Part shown: in pieces, positions 17,150 through 29,200 of the stretch
Layout: each line of letters starts with the position of its first letter
How positions within the stretch are numbered: the stretch's first letter is position 1
NCBI GenBank assembly: GCA_028709565.1
Contig: JAQVWU010000001.1
Coordinates: 1-36,126, forward strand
Source of the DNA: Eubacteriales bacterium
GTDB lineage: Bacteria; Bacillota; Clostridia; Oscillospirales; CAG-272
DNA: 36,126 nt
Direction of reading: 5' to 3'
Made by a program: the position numbers and the translations under genes
Notes under the pieces: model-generated
Told to the model about the DNA's origin: nothing
Databases searched by the model: none
What the model saw: the letters and a program-made list of their open reading frames with translations, nothing else

Positions 17150-17698
17150 TCATATTGTCCTAATAGTCTTGATTTTTTCAAGCGATTTATAAATAAATAT
17201 GGCTATTGCTGCATTGATGGTTACTTTTATGACATTAAACGCAATAATCAACGGCAGCAATTCTATAACCGCCGCTATAGAAGTTTTCATAAAAATAGGG
17301 GTAAACAGCAGATTCCAGGCTACCATTGTCGACACAGACACTACAAGTCCGCATGCGTTCCCTATAAGAAGCCGCGCTGTAGTCTTTTTCCGGGAATATA
17401 TCATGCCGGCTGTAAAAGCAAATGAACCTGTAGCAAAGATATGCATAATTATACCAATCCATCCGCTTGAAGCACTTACGGTTAATCCCTGCACAATACT
17501 GGCTGTTACCGTTAATATTAAGCCTGCCGCGGGACCAAAAACAAAGGTGCAAAAATAAATCGGTATATCTCCGGGATCATATTCCAGGAAAGGCAGGAAC
17601 ATGGGAAAACGAATAAGATAAATAAGCGCGACGGTTAACGCGGCTGCCATCCCCAGATAAGCAATTAATCGTATACGCTCTTTTATGTTTTTTTTCAT
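17150..17698 (-). CDS. ribU: ECF transporter S component, riboflavin-type (RibU/FmnP-like)
   Basis: 182 aa, very hydrophobic (about 5-6 TM segments), with an FLEYDPGDIP motif. It sits directly behind an FMN riboswitch, as with ypaA/ribU in Bacillus. SD is GAGGT, 8 nt upstream. Confidence 0.75.
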   Translation of the reverse strand: MKKNIKERIRLIAYLGMAAALTVALIYLIRFPMFLPFLEYDPGDIPIYFCTFVFGPAAGLILTVTASIVQGLTVSASSGWIGIIMHIFATGSFAFTAGMIYSRKKTTARLLIGNACGLVVSVSTMVAWNLLFTPIFMKTSIAAVIELLPLIIAFNVIKVTINAAIAIFIYKSLEKIKTIRTI

Positions 17699-17725
17699 AT
17701 TACATCATACCTCACAAAATCCTCA

Positions 17726-17916
17726 TAAAATAAATATCTCCCCGTCAATAATTCAACGAGGAGATATAACAATCACCTGATAATTGTCTTTATCTTTTTC
17801 ATCCGGACTTTCAGAACATATGTTCTTAACCGTCGGTTCAGGAATTTCACCTGCTCGGCGCAAAAAGCGTTAGCGGACTATAACCGCCGGTGTGGAATTT
17901 CACCACCCTCAAAGAT
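17726..17916 (-). promoter_or_regulatory. FMN riboswitch (RFN element) with intrinsic terminator
   Basis: Minus strand: ATCTTTGAGGGTGGTGAAATTCCACACCGGCGGTTATAGTCCGC...GAGCAGGTGAAATTCCTGAACCGACGGT..(extra hairpin AGAACATATGTTCT)..GAAAGTCCGGATGAAAAAGAT. It has the duplicated GGTGAAATTCC, the ACCGGCGGT/CCGACGGT pair and the AAAGTCCGGATG box of RFN. The terminator ATATCTCCTCG...CGGGGAGATAT plus TTATTTT lies at 17726-17767. Confidence 0.85.
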
Positions 17917-17958
17917 AATATTCAATTTAATTATATTTTAAATATAATATGCTGTTGT

Positions 17959-19164
17959 TTAATTGTTTATTTCCGTAACAACACCGGAGCCAACCGTTCT
18001 GCCGCCTTCACGGATAGCGAAACGGAGTCCTTTTTCAATGGCGATAGGGGTGATGAGTTCAACAATCATATCCACATTATCGCCGGGACGGCACATTTCG
18101 ACATCTTCGGGCAAATTAATTACACCCGTTACGTCGGTTGTCCTGAAGTAAAACTGAGGACGGTAGCCGGGGAAAAACGGCTTGGAGCGACCGCCTTCTT
18201 TTTCGGTAAGCACATAAACCTGCCCGACAAATTTGGTATGGGGTTTGATTGAACCGGTTTTGCAGAGAACCTGTCCGCGTTCAATTTCATCTTTTTGGAT
18301 ACCGCGGAGCAAGACGCCGACATTATCACCGGCTTCCGCTTTATCCAGCAGTTTACGGAACATTTCGACACCGGTAACAACCGTTTTTCTGCTTTCATCG
18401 GCAAGACCTACAATTTCAATTTCGTCTCCGACTTTAACGGTACCGCGTTCTACGCGTCCGGTAGCAACCGTTCCGCGTCCGGTAATGGAGAATACATCCT
18501 CTACCGGCATCAGGAAAGCCAGATCGCTCTTTCTCTCGGGTGTAGGTATATAAGAGTCGACAGCGTCCATCAGTTCAAGAATGGACTTATATTCGGGGTC
18601 ACTTATATCTTTGCTGGCGGATTCAAGAGCGTCACGTGCGGAACCGCGGATTATCGGCACATTGTCACCGTCGAAATTATACTGACTTAACAAATCACGA
18701 ATCTCCATGTCAACCAAATCGAGGAGTTCTTCATCATCAACCAGATCGGTCTTGTTCATATATACAACAAGAGCGGGAACTTCAACCTGACGTGCGAGCA
18801 GAACGTGTTCACGGGTTTGCTGAAGAGGCCCGTCCGAAGCCGCAACAACAAGGATTGCTCCGTCCATCTGCGCAGCGCCGGTAATCATGTTTTTAATATA
18901 GTCGGCGTGACCGGGGCAGTCGACATGGGCATAGTGCCGCTGGGTACTCTCATACTCAACATGCCGGGTATTAATTGTAATACCTCTTGCCTTTTCTTCA
19001 GGCGCATTGTCAATCTGATCATATGCCATGAACTCATTCTTGCCGCCCTGAATAGCAAGAGTCTTGGTAATGGCGGCTGTCAGGGTTGTTTTACCATGGT
19101 CAACATGTCCTATGGTCCCGATATTAACATGAGGTTTATTTCTTTCGAATTTTGCCTTTGCCAT
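17959..19164 (-). CDS. tuf: Elongation factor Tu
   Basis: I prefer the ATG at 19164 ([28 protein letters not shown]; GGGAGG SD). Length is 401 aa, and DCPGHADY and NKTD G-motifs are present. Confidence 0.95.
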   Translation of the reverse strand: MAKAKFERNKPHVNIGTIGHVDHGKTTLTAAITKTLAIQGGKNEFMAYDQIDNAPEEKARGITINTRHVEYESTQRHYAHVDCPGHADYIKNMITGAAQMDGAILVVAASDGPLQQTREHVLLARQVEVPALVVYMNKTDLVDDEELLDLVDMEIRDLLSQYNFDGDNVPIIRGSARDALESASKDISDPEYKSILELMDAVDSYIPTPERKSDLAFLMPVEDVFSITGRGTVATGRVERGTVKVGDEIEIVGLADESRKTVVTGVEMFRKLLDKAEAGDNVGVLLRGIQKDEIERGQVLCKTGSIKPHTKFVGQVYVLTEKEGGRSKPFFPGYRPQFYFRTTDVTGVINLPEDVEMCRPGDNVDMIVELITPIAIEKGLRFAIREGGRTVGSGVVTEINN

Positions 19165-19253
19165 TTTATTATTCCTCCCAAATATTTTTATTATTGATTT
19201 TGTTATAATTTTACGTGTATTGAACACGCAGATACTTAATTCCGATGATTATA

Positions 19254-21329
19254 TTATTTCCGGATTCCTGTTAATAATTTTTCATGAACCGACTTTGGCA
19301 CCTCGGAAAAATGACTGGGTTCCATTGAATATTGACCTCTTCCCTGAGTACGGGAACGCAAATCGGTCGCATAACCGAACATTTCCGACAGGGGAACCAT
19401 GGCGTTGATTTGCTGACCTCCGGCTATCGGATCCATCGATTGAATCTGCCCGCGGCGTGAATTTAAATCTCCTATAACATCACCGAGATAATCATCCGGG
19501 GTAATCGCAATCACCTTCATGATAGGTTCTGTCAGAACGGGATCCGCTTTTTTCATGGCTTCCTTGAAGGCCATCGAACCAGCAATTTTAAATGCCAATT
19601 CTGACGAGTCGACATCATGATACGAACCGTCATACAGAGTCACGATTACATCCACAACATTATAACCACCGATAACGCCTGATAGCATTGCACTCTTAAT
19701 TCCTTCTTCAGCAGGTCCGATGAACTCCTTGGGGATTGTACCCCCCGCAATCTTATTGTTGAAAATGTAACCTTTGCCGGGTTCATTGGGTTCTATTGTT
19801 ATTTTGACATGACCGTATTGGCCGTGCCCGCCGGTCTGGCGTATATATTTAGAGTCCGCATCGGCTTTTTTCCGTATGGTTTCTTTATAGGAAACCTGCG
19901 GCTTTCCTACGTTGGCTTCAACTTTAAATTCACGGAGAAGTCTGTCGACAATTATCTCAAGATGAAGTTCACCCATACCCGCTATAATTGTCTGTCCGGT
20001 ATCATCGTCGGTATAAGTTTTAAAAGTAGGGTCTTCTTCCGCAAGTTTTGCCAATCCGATACCCATTTTTTCCTGACCGACTTTGGTTTTCGGTTCAATT
20101 GCCACACGAATGACCGGATCGGGGAATTTCATCGATTCAAGAATAATCGGAGCTTTCCTGTCGCAGAGGGTGTCGCCGGTGGTTGTATTCTTCATACCGA
20201 CGGCAGCGGCAATATCGCCCGAATAACAAACGTTAATATCGCGGCGGTCATTCGAGTGCATCTGCAAAATTCGTCCTAAACGTTCCATGCCGTTTTTCGT
20301 CGAATTATAAATCTGCGAACCGGTTTCTATTTTACCCGAATATACACGGAAAAAACATAATTTCCCCACAAAGGGGTCTGTCATTATTTTAAACGCCAAA
20401 GCGGAGAAAGGCGCATCATCCGATGAGGGACGCTCTTCCTCTTTTTCGGTATTGGGGTTTATACCGTGTATGGGCGGAACATCCAAAGGCGAGGGCATAT
20501 AGTCAACAATAGCATCCAGCAGTTTTTGCACACCCTTGTTTTTATATGATGTTCCGCAGGTTACGGGTATTATTTTATTATCAATTGTCGCTTTTCTGAT
20601 AGCCCGGCGAAGCTCATCCGATGTTATTTCTTCGCCATTGCAATATTTTGAGAACAGCTCGTCATCACATTCCGCAACCGCTTCTACAAGTTCCGCGTGA
20701 TACTTTTCAGCCATCTCAAGCATATCCGAGGGGATATCCGACACACGCATATCTTTGCCTAGGTCATCATAATATATGTCTGAATTCATATCGACGAGGT
20801 CTACAATACCGGTAAAAGAGTCTTCCCGGCCAATCGGTAATTGTATAGGAACCGGATTCGCTTTTAATCGATCCTTTATCATAGCAATGACATTGAAAAA
20901 GTCCGCACCCATTATGTCCATTTTATTTATATAAGCCATTCTGGGTACACCATATTGATCAGCCTGACGCCAAACCGTTTCCGACTGCGGCTCAACACCG
21001 CCTTTTGCACAGAAAACGGTCACAGATCCATCAAGCACTCTCAAAGAACGCTCAACTTCAACCGTAAAATCCACGTGTCCCGGTGTATCAATAATGTTGA
21101 TACGGTTATCTTTCCAAAAACATGTGGTGGCGGCTGATGTTATTGTAATACCGCGTTCCTGCTCCTGCTGCATCCAATCCATTGTCGCGCCGCCGTCATG
21201 AACTTCACCCATTTTATGGGTAATTCCCGTATAAAACAGAATTCGCTCGGTTGTCGTGGTTTTGCCGGCGTCAATATGTGCCATTATACCTATATTGCGT
21301 GTCCGATCCAAAGGGTATTCTCTCGGCAT
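19254..21329 (-). CDS. fusA: Elongation factor G
   Basis: 691 aa. Motifs include [20 protein letters not shown] and DTPGHVDFT. It sits in the canonical position between rpsG and tuf. Confidence 0.95.
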   Translation of the reverse strand: MPREYPLDRTRNIGIMAHIDAGKTTTTERILFYTGITHKMGEVHDGGATMDWMQQEQERGITITSAATTCFWKDNRINIIDTPGHVDFTVEVERSLRVLDGSVTVFCAKGGVEPQSETVWRQADQYGVPRMAYINKMDIMGADFFNVIAMIKDRLKANPVPIQLPIGREDSFTGIVDLVDMNSDIYYDDLGKDMRVSDIPSDMLEMAEKYHAELVEAVAECDDELFSKYCNGEEITSDELRRAIRKATIDNKIIPVTCGTSYKNKGVQKLLDAIVDYMPSPLDVPPIHGINPNTEKEEERPSSDDAPFSALAFKIMTDPFVGKLCFFRVYSGKIETGSQIYNSTKNGMERLGRILQMHSNDRRDINVCYSGDIAAAVGMKNTTTGDTLCDRKAPIILESMKFPDPVIRVAIEPKTKVGQEKMGIGLAKLAEEDPTFKTYTDDDTGQTIIAGMGELHLEIIVDRLLREFKVEANVGKPQVSYKETIRKKADADSKYIRQTGGHGQYGHVKITIEPNEPGKGYIFNNKIAGGTIPKEFIGPAEEGIKSAMLSGVIGGYNVVDVIVTLYDGSYHDVDSSELAFKIAGSMAFKEAMKKADPVLTEPIMKVIAITPDDYLGDVIGDLNSRRGQIQSMDPIAGGQQINAMVPLSEMFGYATDLRSRTQGRGQYSMEPSHFSEVPKSVHEKLLTGIRK

Positions 21330-21393
21330 TTAGTTTATCTCTCTCCTCGTCTTCTTCATGGTCAATTCATCATTTTTATAATGTCTGTTAAAA

Positions 21394-21864
21394 TTAATAT
21401 CTGTAATGCGCAAAGGCTTTGTTCGATTCAGCCATTCTGTGCGTTTCTTCTCTTTTCTTAACCGCGCCGCCGGTATTATTGACAGCATCGACGATCTCAG
21501 CCGCCAGTCTGTCAGCCATGGTTCTTTCGCTGCGGCTGCGCGCATATGTCGTTAGCCAGCGCAAACCTAACGTTTGACGCCGTTCAGGTCTTACTTCCAT
21601 GGGGACCTGGTATGTGGAACCGCCTACACGTCTCGCTTTTACCTCAAGAACCGGCATTATATTATCCAAAGCGGTGGTAAACGCTTCAAGCGGAGGTTTA
21701 CCGCTCTTTTCTTCCACTGTTTTAAACGCATTGTAAACTATTCGCTGTGCAACGCCTCTTTTACCGTCATACATAATATTATTTATAAGCTTTGTAACAA
21801 GCTTTGAATTATATAGCGGATCGGCGAGTACATCCCTTTTCGATATCTGACCTCTTCTTGGCAC
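21394..21864 (-). CDS. rpsG: 30S ribosomal protein S7
   Basis: I prefer the GTG at 21864 ((M)[19 protein letters not shown]...), with AGGAGG 8 nt upstream. Length is 156 aa. The ORF-track extension to 21897 is rejected. Confidence 0.95.
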   Translation of the reverse strand: MPRRGQISKRDVLADPLYNSKLVTKLINNIMYDGKRGVAQRIVYNAFKTVEEKSGKPPLEAFTTALDNIMPVLEVKARRVGGSTYQVPMEVRPERRQTLGLRWLTTYARSRSERTMADRLAAEIVDAVNNTGGAVKKREETHRMAESNKAFAHYRY

Positions 21865-22030
21865 TGAACTTCCCTCCTTCATTAAAAATGATATCACAGG
21901 TACTCGAAAAATATTTTCGTAAATGCAAAATCGCAGTCAGATAAATCTATATTAAAGCATCTTTGATGCTGTTACATCATATAAATTTTCACTACGGCAT
22001 AAACGTTTATATTCGAAATCGCTGTTTTTC

Positions 22031-22444
22031 TTATTTTTTAGGTTTTTTCGCTCCGTATTTTGAACGACCCTGCATCCGTTTTGTAACGCCCTGTGCGTCA
22101 AGTGTGCCCCGGACGATATGATATCTTACACCCGGCAAATCACGAACCCTGCCGCCGCGAATAAGCACAACTGAGTGTTCCTGTAAATTATGTCCTATTC
22201 CCGGTATATAGGTCGTGGCTTCCAGTCCGTTTGTAAGTCTTACTCGTGCGATTTTACGCATGGCGGAGTTAGGCTTTTTAGGCGCTGATGTAGTTACCTT
22301 TGTACAAACACCACGCATCTGGGGTGCATTCTGATCAATCGGAACATTCTTTAAAGTATTAAACCCCTGCTGCAGCACCGGCGACTTGGATTTATAAACA
22401 CTTTTCTCGCGTCCGAATCTTACAAGCTGATTAAATGTTGGCAT
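22031..22444 (-). CDS. rpsL: 30S ribosomal protein S12
   Basis: 137 aa. Motifs include MPTFNQLVR..., [10 protein letters not shown] and [15 protein letters not shown] is AAGGAGG. Confidence 0.95.
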   Translation of the reverse strand: MPTFNQLVRFGREKSVYKSKSPVLQQGFNTLKNVPIDQNAPQMRGVCTKVTTSAPKKPNSAMRKIARVRLTNGLEATTYIPGIGHNLQEHSVVLIRGGRVRDLPGVRYHIVRGTLDAQGVTKRMQGRSKYGAKKPKK

Positions 22445-22555
22445 ATCGAACCTCCTTTCTTCTTCTTATATTTTATTTTAAAACTGGGATTAACGAAATA
22501 TAATGGCGCTTGTCTAAATTAAGGCGCAAAAACAAAACTGTTAATCCATTTATAT

Positions 22556-22585
22556 ATTATAGCACTTCTACAATATAATTGTCAA
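22556..22585 (-). promoter_or_regulatory. Consensus sigma-A promoter for rpsL-rpsG-fusA-tuf (TTGACA - 18 nt - TGcTATAAT)
   Basis: Plus-strand TGTCAA at 22580-22585 and ATTATA at 22556-22561, with CA at 22563-22564 giving the TG extension. The leader to the rpsL ATG is about 105 nt. Confidence 0.65.
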
Positions 22586-22682
22586 GTGTTAATATATTTA
22601 TACAGATATTTCTACCATATGCACAATTCGACGTTTAACGAGACATAAAATTATATAATTTTCAACCTGACAATTTTATAAA

Positions 22683-25600
22683 TTACTCTTCGGATTCTTC
22701 GACAAAGTAATCGTTTCTGTCTACTTCTATATTACGGTATCGCTCCATGCCTGTTCCTGCCGGTATTAATTTGCCTATGATTACATTTTCTTTGAGCCCC
22801 AGCAGATGATCTATTTTACCTTTAATTGCAGCTTCGGTGAGTACTTTCGTCGTTTCCTGGAATGAAGCTGCGGACAGGAACGATTCGGTGAGAAGCGAAG
22901 CCTTGGTTATACCAAGCAATACCGGTGACATTATGGCAAGACGCAAGTCTATTTCACCGTTATCGATCCGATTTTGTATTGCCTCGTTTTCATGCTCAAA
23001 TTCGTCGATGTCAACAAGCGTTCCTATCAGCATCGAGGTGTCACCTGAATCTTCAACCCGTACCTTGCGGGTCATTTGACGGGTAATAACTTCTATATGC
23101 TTATCATTGATTTTAACGCTTTGCATACGATATACACGCTGCACTTCCCGTATAATATAATCATATACGGCGTCAAGCCCGTTGATTTTTGTGATGTCGG
23201 CAGGACTCATAAATCCTTCTGTCAACGCGTCACCGCGATTAACCGTATCTCCCTCAGAAACAATAATTCGAGTGCCGAACGGTATCTGATATGTTACAGG
23301 GGTATCGGTATCCCCGAATTCGTTAGGTGTTACCGTTATAGCGCGTGTACGCTTAACGTCCTGAATTGACACGATTCCGGTTATTTCGGTAACAACCGCC
23401 GTTTTCTTGGGGCGACGCGCTTCAAACAATTCCTCTACACGCGGCAGACCGTGCGTGATGTCCGAACCTGCGACACCGCCGGTATGGAATGTTCTCATTG
23501 TAAGCTGCGTTCCCGGTTCCCCGATAGACTGAGCCGCTATGATACCTACGGCTTCGCCTACATTAACCGGATCGCCTGACGCAAGGTCGGAACCGTAACA
23601 GTATGAACAGACACCGTGTTTCGCTTTGCACTGAAGTACCGTGCGGATATACACACTTTCTATTCCACACTTTATTATTCTGTCTACCTGTTCTTCATCC
23701 AGCATTTCATTGTCGGCGGCAATTAATTCTCCGGTATTCGGGTCTACTATATCACCTATTATAAAACGACCCAGTAACCTGTCTTTCAAAGGTTCAATTA
23801 CATCCGTACCGTCTGCAATCGCGCTGGCATACAGGCCTTTTTTGCTGCCGCAATCATTTTCACGTATTATAACATCCTGAGACACATCAACTAATCTCCG
23901 GGTCAGATAACCTGAGTCTGCCGTACGGAGAGCTGTATCCGAAAGCGCTTTTCTCGCTCCTCTGGCAGCGGTGAAATATTCAAGAATGTTAAGCCCTTCT
24001 CGGAAATTCGATTTAATGGGTATTTCCATTGTACGTCCCGAGGCGGAAAACATAAGTCCCCGCATACCGGCAAGCTGCCTCATATGTGTAATATTACCGC
24101 GCGCGCCGGAGTCACTCATCATTTTTATGGGATTGTAACGGTCAAAGCTGTTCTGCAGAGCCGCCACAATATCTCTCGTCGTTTGTTCCCAGGTCATGAT
24201 TACATTTCTGTAGCGTTCGTCTTCGGTTAATTCACCGCGATGGAAGTGCTGCGCTATATCCTCGACCTTCTTTTCGGCTTCCGCTATCAGAGTTGCTTTC
24301 TCCTTGGGAATTGTTATATCATCAATTGATATTGAAATTGCTGCGCGTGTGGAATATTTAAAACCTAATTGTTTGATTTCATCAAGAACCTGCGCCGTAA
24401 CCGAAAGACCGTGTTTCTTTATGCATCGGTCGACAATAAGCCCCAGTTCGTCTTTTTTGCATACAAACATGATTTCAAGATCGAACATTTTTGACGGATC
24501 AGAACGATCGACAAAACCTAAATCCTGTGGTATGGGACGGTTAAATATCAAACGACCTAACGTCGCGTCTATTATGCCTGAATGCACGACTCCGTCAATT
24601 TCCCGTTCCATTTTTAATTTTATCGGGGCATGAAGACCAAGATAACCGTTTTCATAGGCCATAACCGCTTCATTGTAATCACGGTAAACATTTCCCTCGC
24701 CCTTTTCATCGGCATGATCAATAGTAAGGTAAAACGATCCCAATACCATATCCTGCGACGGGACGGTAACCGCGCGTCCGTCAACAGGTTTTAAGAGATT
24801 ATTGGCAGACAGCATAAGAAATCGCGCTTCGGCCTGAGCTTCAGCGGAAAGCGGTACATGTACCGGCATTTGGTCACCGTCAAAGTCCGCGTTAAAAGCG
24901 GTACAGACAAGCGGATGTAATTTTATAGCTTTTCCTTCAACCAAAACCGGTTCAAATGCCTGTATGGAAAGACGGTGAAGCGTAGGTGCCCGGTTAAGCA
25001 GCACAGGATGATCGGTAATAACATTGTCAAGAGCATCCCATACATCGTTGTTTACTTTGTCTACTTTTTTCTTGGCATCCTTAATATTGGAGGCTTTTTG
25101 TGTTTCCACCAGCCGTTTCATTACAAAAGGTTTAAAAAGTTCAAGCGCCATTTCTTTAGGCAATCCGCATTGATATATTTTCAATTCGGGACCGACAACA
25201 ATTACCGAACGTCCGGAATAGTCAACGCGTTTACCAAGCAGATTCTGCCGAAACCGCCCCTGTTTACCTCTCAGCATCTCCGATAACGACTTCAGGGGGC
25301 GCTGATTCGGACCGGTGACCGGTTTTCCGCGTCTGCCGTTGTCGATAAGCGCGTCGACAGCTTCCTGAAGCATGCGCTTTTCGTTACGTATGATAATATC
25401 GGGAGCTGTCAGTTCCTGAAGACGGCGCAAACGATTATTGCGGTTTATAACACGTCGATACAGGTCGTTTAAATCGGAAGAAGCAAAGCGTCCGCCGTCA
25501 AGCTGTACCATTGGACGAATTTCGGGAGGGATAACCGGAATGACATCAAGAATCATCCATTCGGGGCGATTTCCGGACTTGCGAAATGATTCGACTACCT

Positions 25601-26228
25601 CCAGCCTTTTTATAATACGCAGCTTTTTCTGACCTGATGAATTATCCAGTTCGGTTTTGAGACCGCGGGACATTTCATCAACATCGATTTCGGATAATAA
25701 TTTTTTTATAGCTTCGGCACCCATGCCGACCTTAAAGTCTTCTTCATAACGTTCATAATTTTCTTTATATTCACGTTCGGTCAGCAGCTGATTTTTCATA
25801 AGCGGTGTATTGCCAGGATCGGTTACAATATATGACGCAAAATACAATACTTTTTCAAGGTTTCTGGGTGATATATCAAGTAATAAGCCGATACGCGAGG
25901 GGATTGCGCGGAAATACCAGATATGAGAAACCGGAGCTGCAAGTTCTATATGCCCCATACGTTCTCTGCGTACCTTTTTTGTGGTAACTTCAACCCCGCA
26001 TTTTTCACAGGTTTTCCCTTTGAACTTTACGCGCTTATATTTACCGCACAGGCATTCCCAGTCTTTTGTCGGACCGAATATCCGTTCGCAGAATAAACCG
26101 TCACGTTCCGCTTTCAGGGTTCTGTAGTTTATTGTTTCAGGTTTTTTCACTTCACCGAATGACCAGTTTTTAATCATCTCGGGAGACGCCAGTCCAATTT
26201 TAATTGAATCGAAGATGTTTTTTTCCAA
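22683..26228 (-). CDS. rpoC: DNA-directed RNA polymerase subunit beta'
   Basis: Motifs include NADFDGDQM and the zinc motif CLCGKYK...CEKCG. The ORF-track ATG at 26285 would overlap rpoB by 38 nt. I prefer the TTG at 26228 ((M)[16 protein letters not shown]..., the usual N-terminus), which lies 10 nt after GGGGGA and downstream of the rpoB stop. The start remains uncertain. Confidence 0.9.
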   Translation of the reverse strand: MEKNIFDSIKIGLASPEMIKNWSFGEVKKPETINYRTLKAERDGLFCERIFGPTKDWECLCGKYKRVKFKGKTCEKCGVEVTTKKVRRERMGHIELAAPVSHIWYFRAIPSRIGLLLDISPRNLEKVLYFASYIVTDPGNTPLMKNQLLTEREYKENYERYEEDFKVGMGAEAIKKLLSEIDVDEMSRGLKTELDNSSGQKKLRIIKRLEVVESFRKSGNRPEWMILDVIPVIPPEIRPMVQLDGGRFASSDLNDLYRRVINRNNRLRRLQELTAPDIIIRNEKRMLQEAVDALIDNGRRGKPVTGPNQRPLKSLSEMLRGKQGRFRQNLLGKRVDYSGRSVIVVGPELKIYQCGLPKEMALELFKPFVMKRLVETQKASNIKDAKKKVDKVNNDVWDALDNVITDHPVLLNRAPTLHRLSIQAFEPVLVEGKAIKLHPLVCTAFNADFDGDQMPVHVPLSAEAQAEARFLMLSANNLLKPVDGRAVTVPSQDMVLGSFYLTIDHADEKGEGNVYRDYNEAVMAYENGYLGLHAPIKLKMEREIDGVVHSGIIDATLGRLIFNRPIPQDLGFVDRSDPSKMFDLEIMFVCKKDELGLIVDRCIKKHGLSVTAQVLDEIKQLGFKYSTRAAISISIDDITIPKEKATLIAEAEKKVEDIAQHFHRGELTEDERYRNVIMTWEQTTRDIVAALQNSFDRYNPIKMMSDSGARGNITHMRQLAGMRGLMFSASGRTMEIPIKSNFREGLNILEYFTAARGARKALSDTALRTADSGYLTRRLVDVSQDVIIRENDCGSKKGLYASAIADGTDVIEPLKDRLLGRFIIGDIVDPNTGELIAADNEMLDEEQVDRIIKCGIESVYIRTVLQCKAKHGVCSYCYGSDLASGDPVNVGEAVGIIAAQSIGEPGTQLTMRTFHTGGVAGSDITHGLPRVEELFEARRPKKTAVVTEITGIVSIQDVKRTRAITVTPNEFGDTDTPVTYQIPFGTRIIVSEGDTVNRGDALTEGFMSPADITKINGLDAVYDYIIREVQRVYRMQSVKINDKHIEVITRQMTRKVRVEDSGDTSMLIGTLVDIDEFEHENEAIQNRIDNGEIDLRLAIMSPVLLGITKASLLTESFLSAASFQETTKVLTEAAIKGKIDHLLGLKENVIIGKLIPAGTGMERYRNIEVDRNDYFVEESEE

Positions 26229-26247
26229 TGTAATATATTCCCCCTGA

Positions 26248-29200
26248 TTATATCTCTTCGGTATCATCAAAGTCTGCTTCTTCATTTACAGCGTAGTCAT
26301 CTTCGCTTTCATCAGCATATTGATCTTCTTCAGCAGGTGTATCCTCTACATATGATGACGTCAATAATTCATCGGTTTCGACCGTTTCGCCGAGGTCCTC
26401 CGCAACAACATAACCGGATGATTCCTGATCATCGCTTAAGGTTGAAAGCTCGATTTCATTGCCGTTTCGATCCAGAACGCGTACATCAAGAGCAAGTGAC
26501 TGCAGTTCCTTTACAAGCACCTTAAATGATTCCGGTACTCCCGGAGTAGGTATGTTCTGCCCCTTTACTATGGCTTCATAAGTCTTAACACGCCCTGTAA
26601 CATCATCGCTTTTTACGGTGAGTATTTCCTGCAGAGTATAAGCCGCTCCGTATGCTTCCAGCGCCCAAACTTCCATTTCACCGAAACGCTGTCCGCCGAA
26701 CTGCGCTTTGCCTCCCAGAGGCTGCTGTGTAACCAGTGAATAAGGACCGGTGGACCGGGCATGTATTTTATCGTCAACTAGATGATGGAGTTTTAGATAG
26801 TACATAATACCCACAGTTACGGGATTATCAAACTGTTCACCCGTCCTGCCGTCAAATAATATGGTCTTGCCGTTACGTTCAAGCCCGGCCATTTCCAGAC
26901 AATCCATAATATCATACTCGTTAGCGCCGTCAAATACCGGAGACATAACCTTCCAGCCCAGTCTTTTCGCTGCGATGCCAAGATGGACCTCCAGAACCTG
27001 ACCGATGTTCATACGCGAATGAACCCCCAACGGATTCAAAACGATATCCAGTGGCGTTCCGTCCGGCAAAAACGGCATATCTTCGGGGGGAAGAATACGT
27101 GATACAACTCCCTTGTTTCCGTGTCGCCCCGCCATTTTATCACCTACGGATATTTTTCGTTTCTGTGCGACATATACCCGGACAACTTTATTAACGCCCG
27201 GCGGCAGTTCATCACCATTTTCCCGTGAAAAAGTTTTGACATCGACAACAATACCCGATTCACCGTGGGGTAAACGCAGGGAGGTGTCTCGTACCTCTCT
27301 GGCTTTTTCTCCAAAGATGGCGCGCAGCAGTCGCTCCTCCGCGGTCAGTTCGGTTTCACCTTTAGGAGTCACCTTGCCTACCAGAATATCGCTTGCCCGG
27401 ACCTCTGTGCCGCGGCGGATAATACCTTCTGCAGTCAAATCTTTAAGGGCATCATCACCGACGTTTGGAATTTCACGTGTTATTTCTTCCGGGCCCAGTT
27501 TTGTATCACGCGCTTCGTGTGAATACTCTTCTATATGAATGGATGTGTATACATCATCGCGGACCAGTCTTTCATTTAAAAGAACCGCGTCCTCGTAGTT
27601 ATACCCTTCCCATGACATAAATCCGATGAGCACATTTTTGCCCAGTGATATCTCTCCGTTTGATGTGGCAGGACCGTCACCTATGACCCTTCCCGCTTCT
27701 ACCGTATCACCTTTATTGACAATGGGTCGTTGATTTATACATGTGCCCTGGTTAGAACGTTTGAATTTAATTAAATGATATACATCTTTTTTACCGTTAT
27801 CGGTACGTATGGTGATTTCATCCGATGTAACCTTTTCTACGGTTCCGCCTTCGCGGGCGCATACAACAACACCGGAATCCACGGCGGCCTTGTATTCCAT
27901 GCCTGTTCCGACTATCGGAGAATCGGATATCAGCAGCGGGACCGCTTGTTTCTGCATGTTCGACCCCATCAACGCGCGGGAGTTATCGTCGTTTTCTAGG
28001 AAAGGGATCATTGATGTAGCTACCGACACAATCATTTTAGGAGAAACATCCATATAATCGGCTTTGGTTGCTTCTACCTGTATAATCTCCGAACGGCTGC
28101 GCGCTACAACCTTTTTATTTATAAATTTATTGTTTTTATCAAGCGGTTCATTAGCCTGGGCGACGATATAATTATCCTCGACATCGGCCGTCATATACAT
28201 TATTTCATCGGTAACAATACCCGTTTCCTTATCGACTTTGCGAAAAGGGGCTTCGATAAATCCGTACTCATTTATTCTTGCATACGTGGCAAGATATGAA
28301 ATCAAGCCGATATTGGGGCCTTCCGGTGTCTCAATCGGACACATTCTGCCGTAATGGGTGTAATGCACGTCACGAACTTCAAATGAGGCCCGGTCACGAG
28401 ACAAGCCACCCGGACCCAGAGCGGACAGCCGGCGTTTGTGCGTGAGTTCCGCTAACGGATTGTTTTGATCCATGAATTGGGACAGCGGTGAAGATCCGAA
28501 AAACTCGCGAATAGCGGTGACTATCGGGCGTATGTTTATGAGCGCTTCCGGGGTGATGGACTCGGTATCCTGTATAGTCATACGCTCTTTTATGATTTTT
28601 TCCATACGCGAAAAACCGATGCGCAGTTGATTCTGTAACAGTTCTCCTACCGAACGCAGACGCCGGTTTCCCAGATGGTCGATATCATCAACCGTTCCTA
28701 TATTATGCGAAAGGCATATAAGATAGTATATTGAAGCGAATATATCATCTTTTGTAATATGCTTCGGTACAAGTTCCCCAATGCGGGAGCGGCAAAGTTC
28801 CTTGAGACGGTCTTTGTCTCCCTCAGATTGTTCTACTATCTCATTGAGTACACTGAGTTTAACCTTTTCGTTAATCCCTATTTCTTTTAAATCATATCCG
28901 AGCACCGAGGCCGGCAATGTCATGCCGTTTGAGAATACTTTTATCTCCATTTCGTTTTCAAGACGCAAAAATACCTCGTTTACACCGCTGTTTTCGATAA
29001 GGAGGGCTTTTTCGGCATCGAGCAGTTCACCTTCGTCGAACAAAAATTCACCGGTAATCGGGCTGATTACGGGCCGCGAAAGGGTACACTCCTCGATTCT
29101 TTTTCCGATAGCCAGCTTTTTGTCAAATTTATATCGCCCTACATAAGCGAGATCATAACGCTTAGGGTCAAAAAACAGATTGTTAATGAGGAGCTGCGCG

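Noticed and set aside
17726-17916. I first read this leader as a cobalamin riboswitch, which would have made the downstream ECF S component a B12 transporter.
   Set aside because: The duplicated GGTGAAATTCC, the ACCGGCGGT...AGTCCGC / CCGACGGT...AAAGTCCGGATG boxes and the P1 ATCTTT/AAAGAT are the RFN (FMN) signature. No B12 box (GCCACTG / AGCCAGGAGACCTGCC-like) is present.
28417-28497. I checked the rpoB rifampicin-resistance region for resistance substitutions.
   Set aside because: The canonical hot spots (E. coli numbering Q513, D516, H526, S531) are wild type. Ala at 522 is normal for Firmicutes. Only the Q510-equivalent is Pro (SSPLSQ; codon 28488-28486). I cannot tie that to resistance, so no claim is made.
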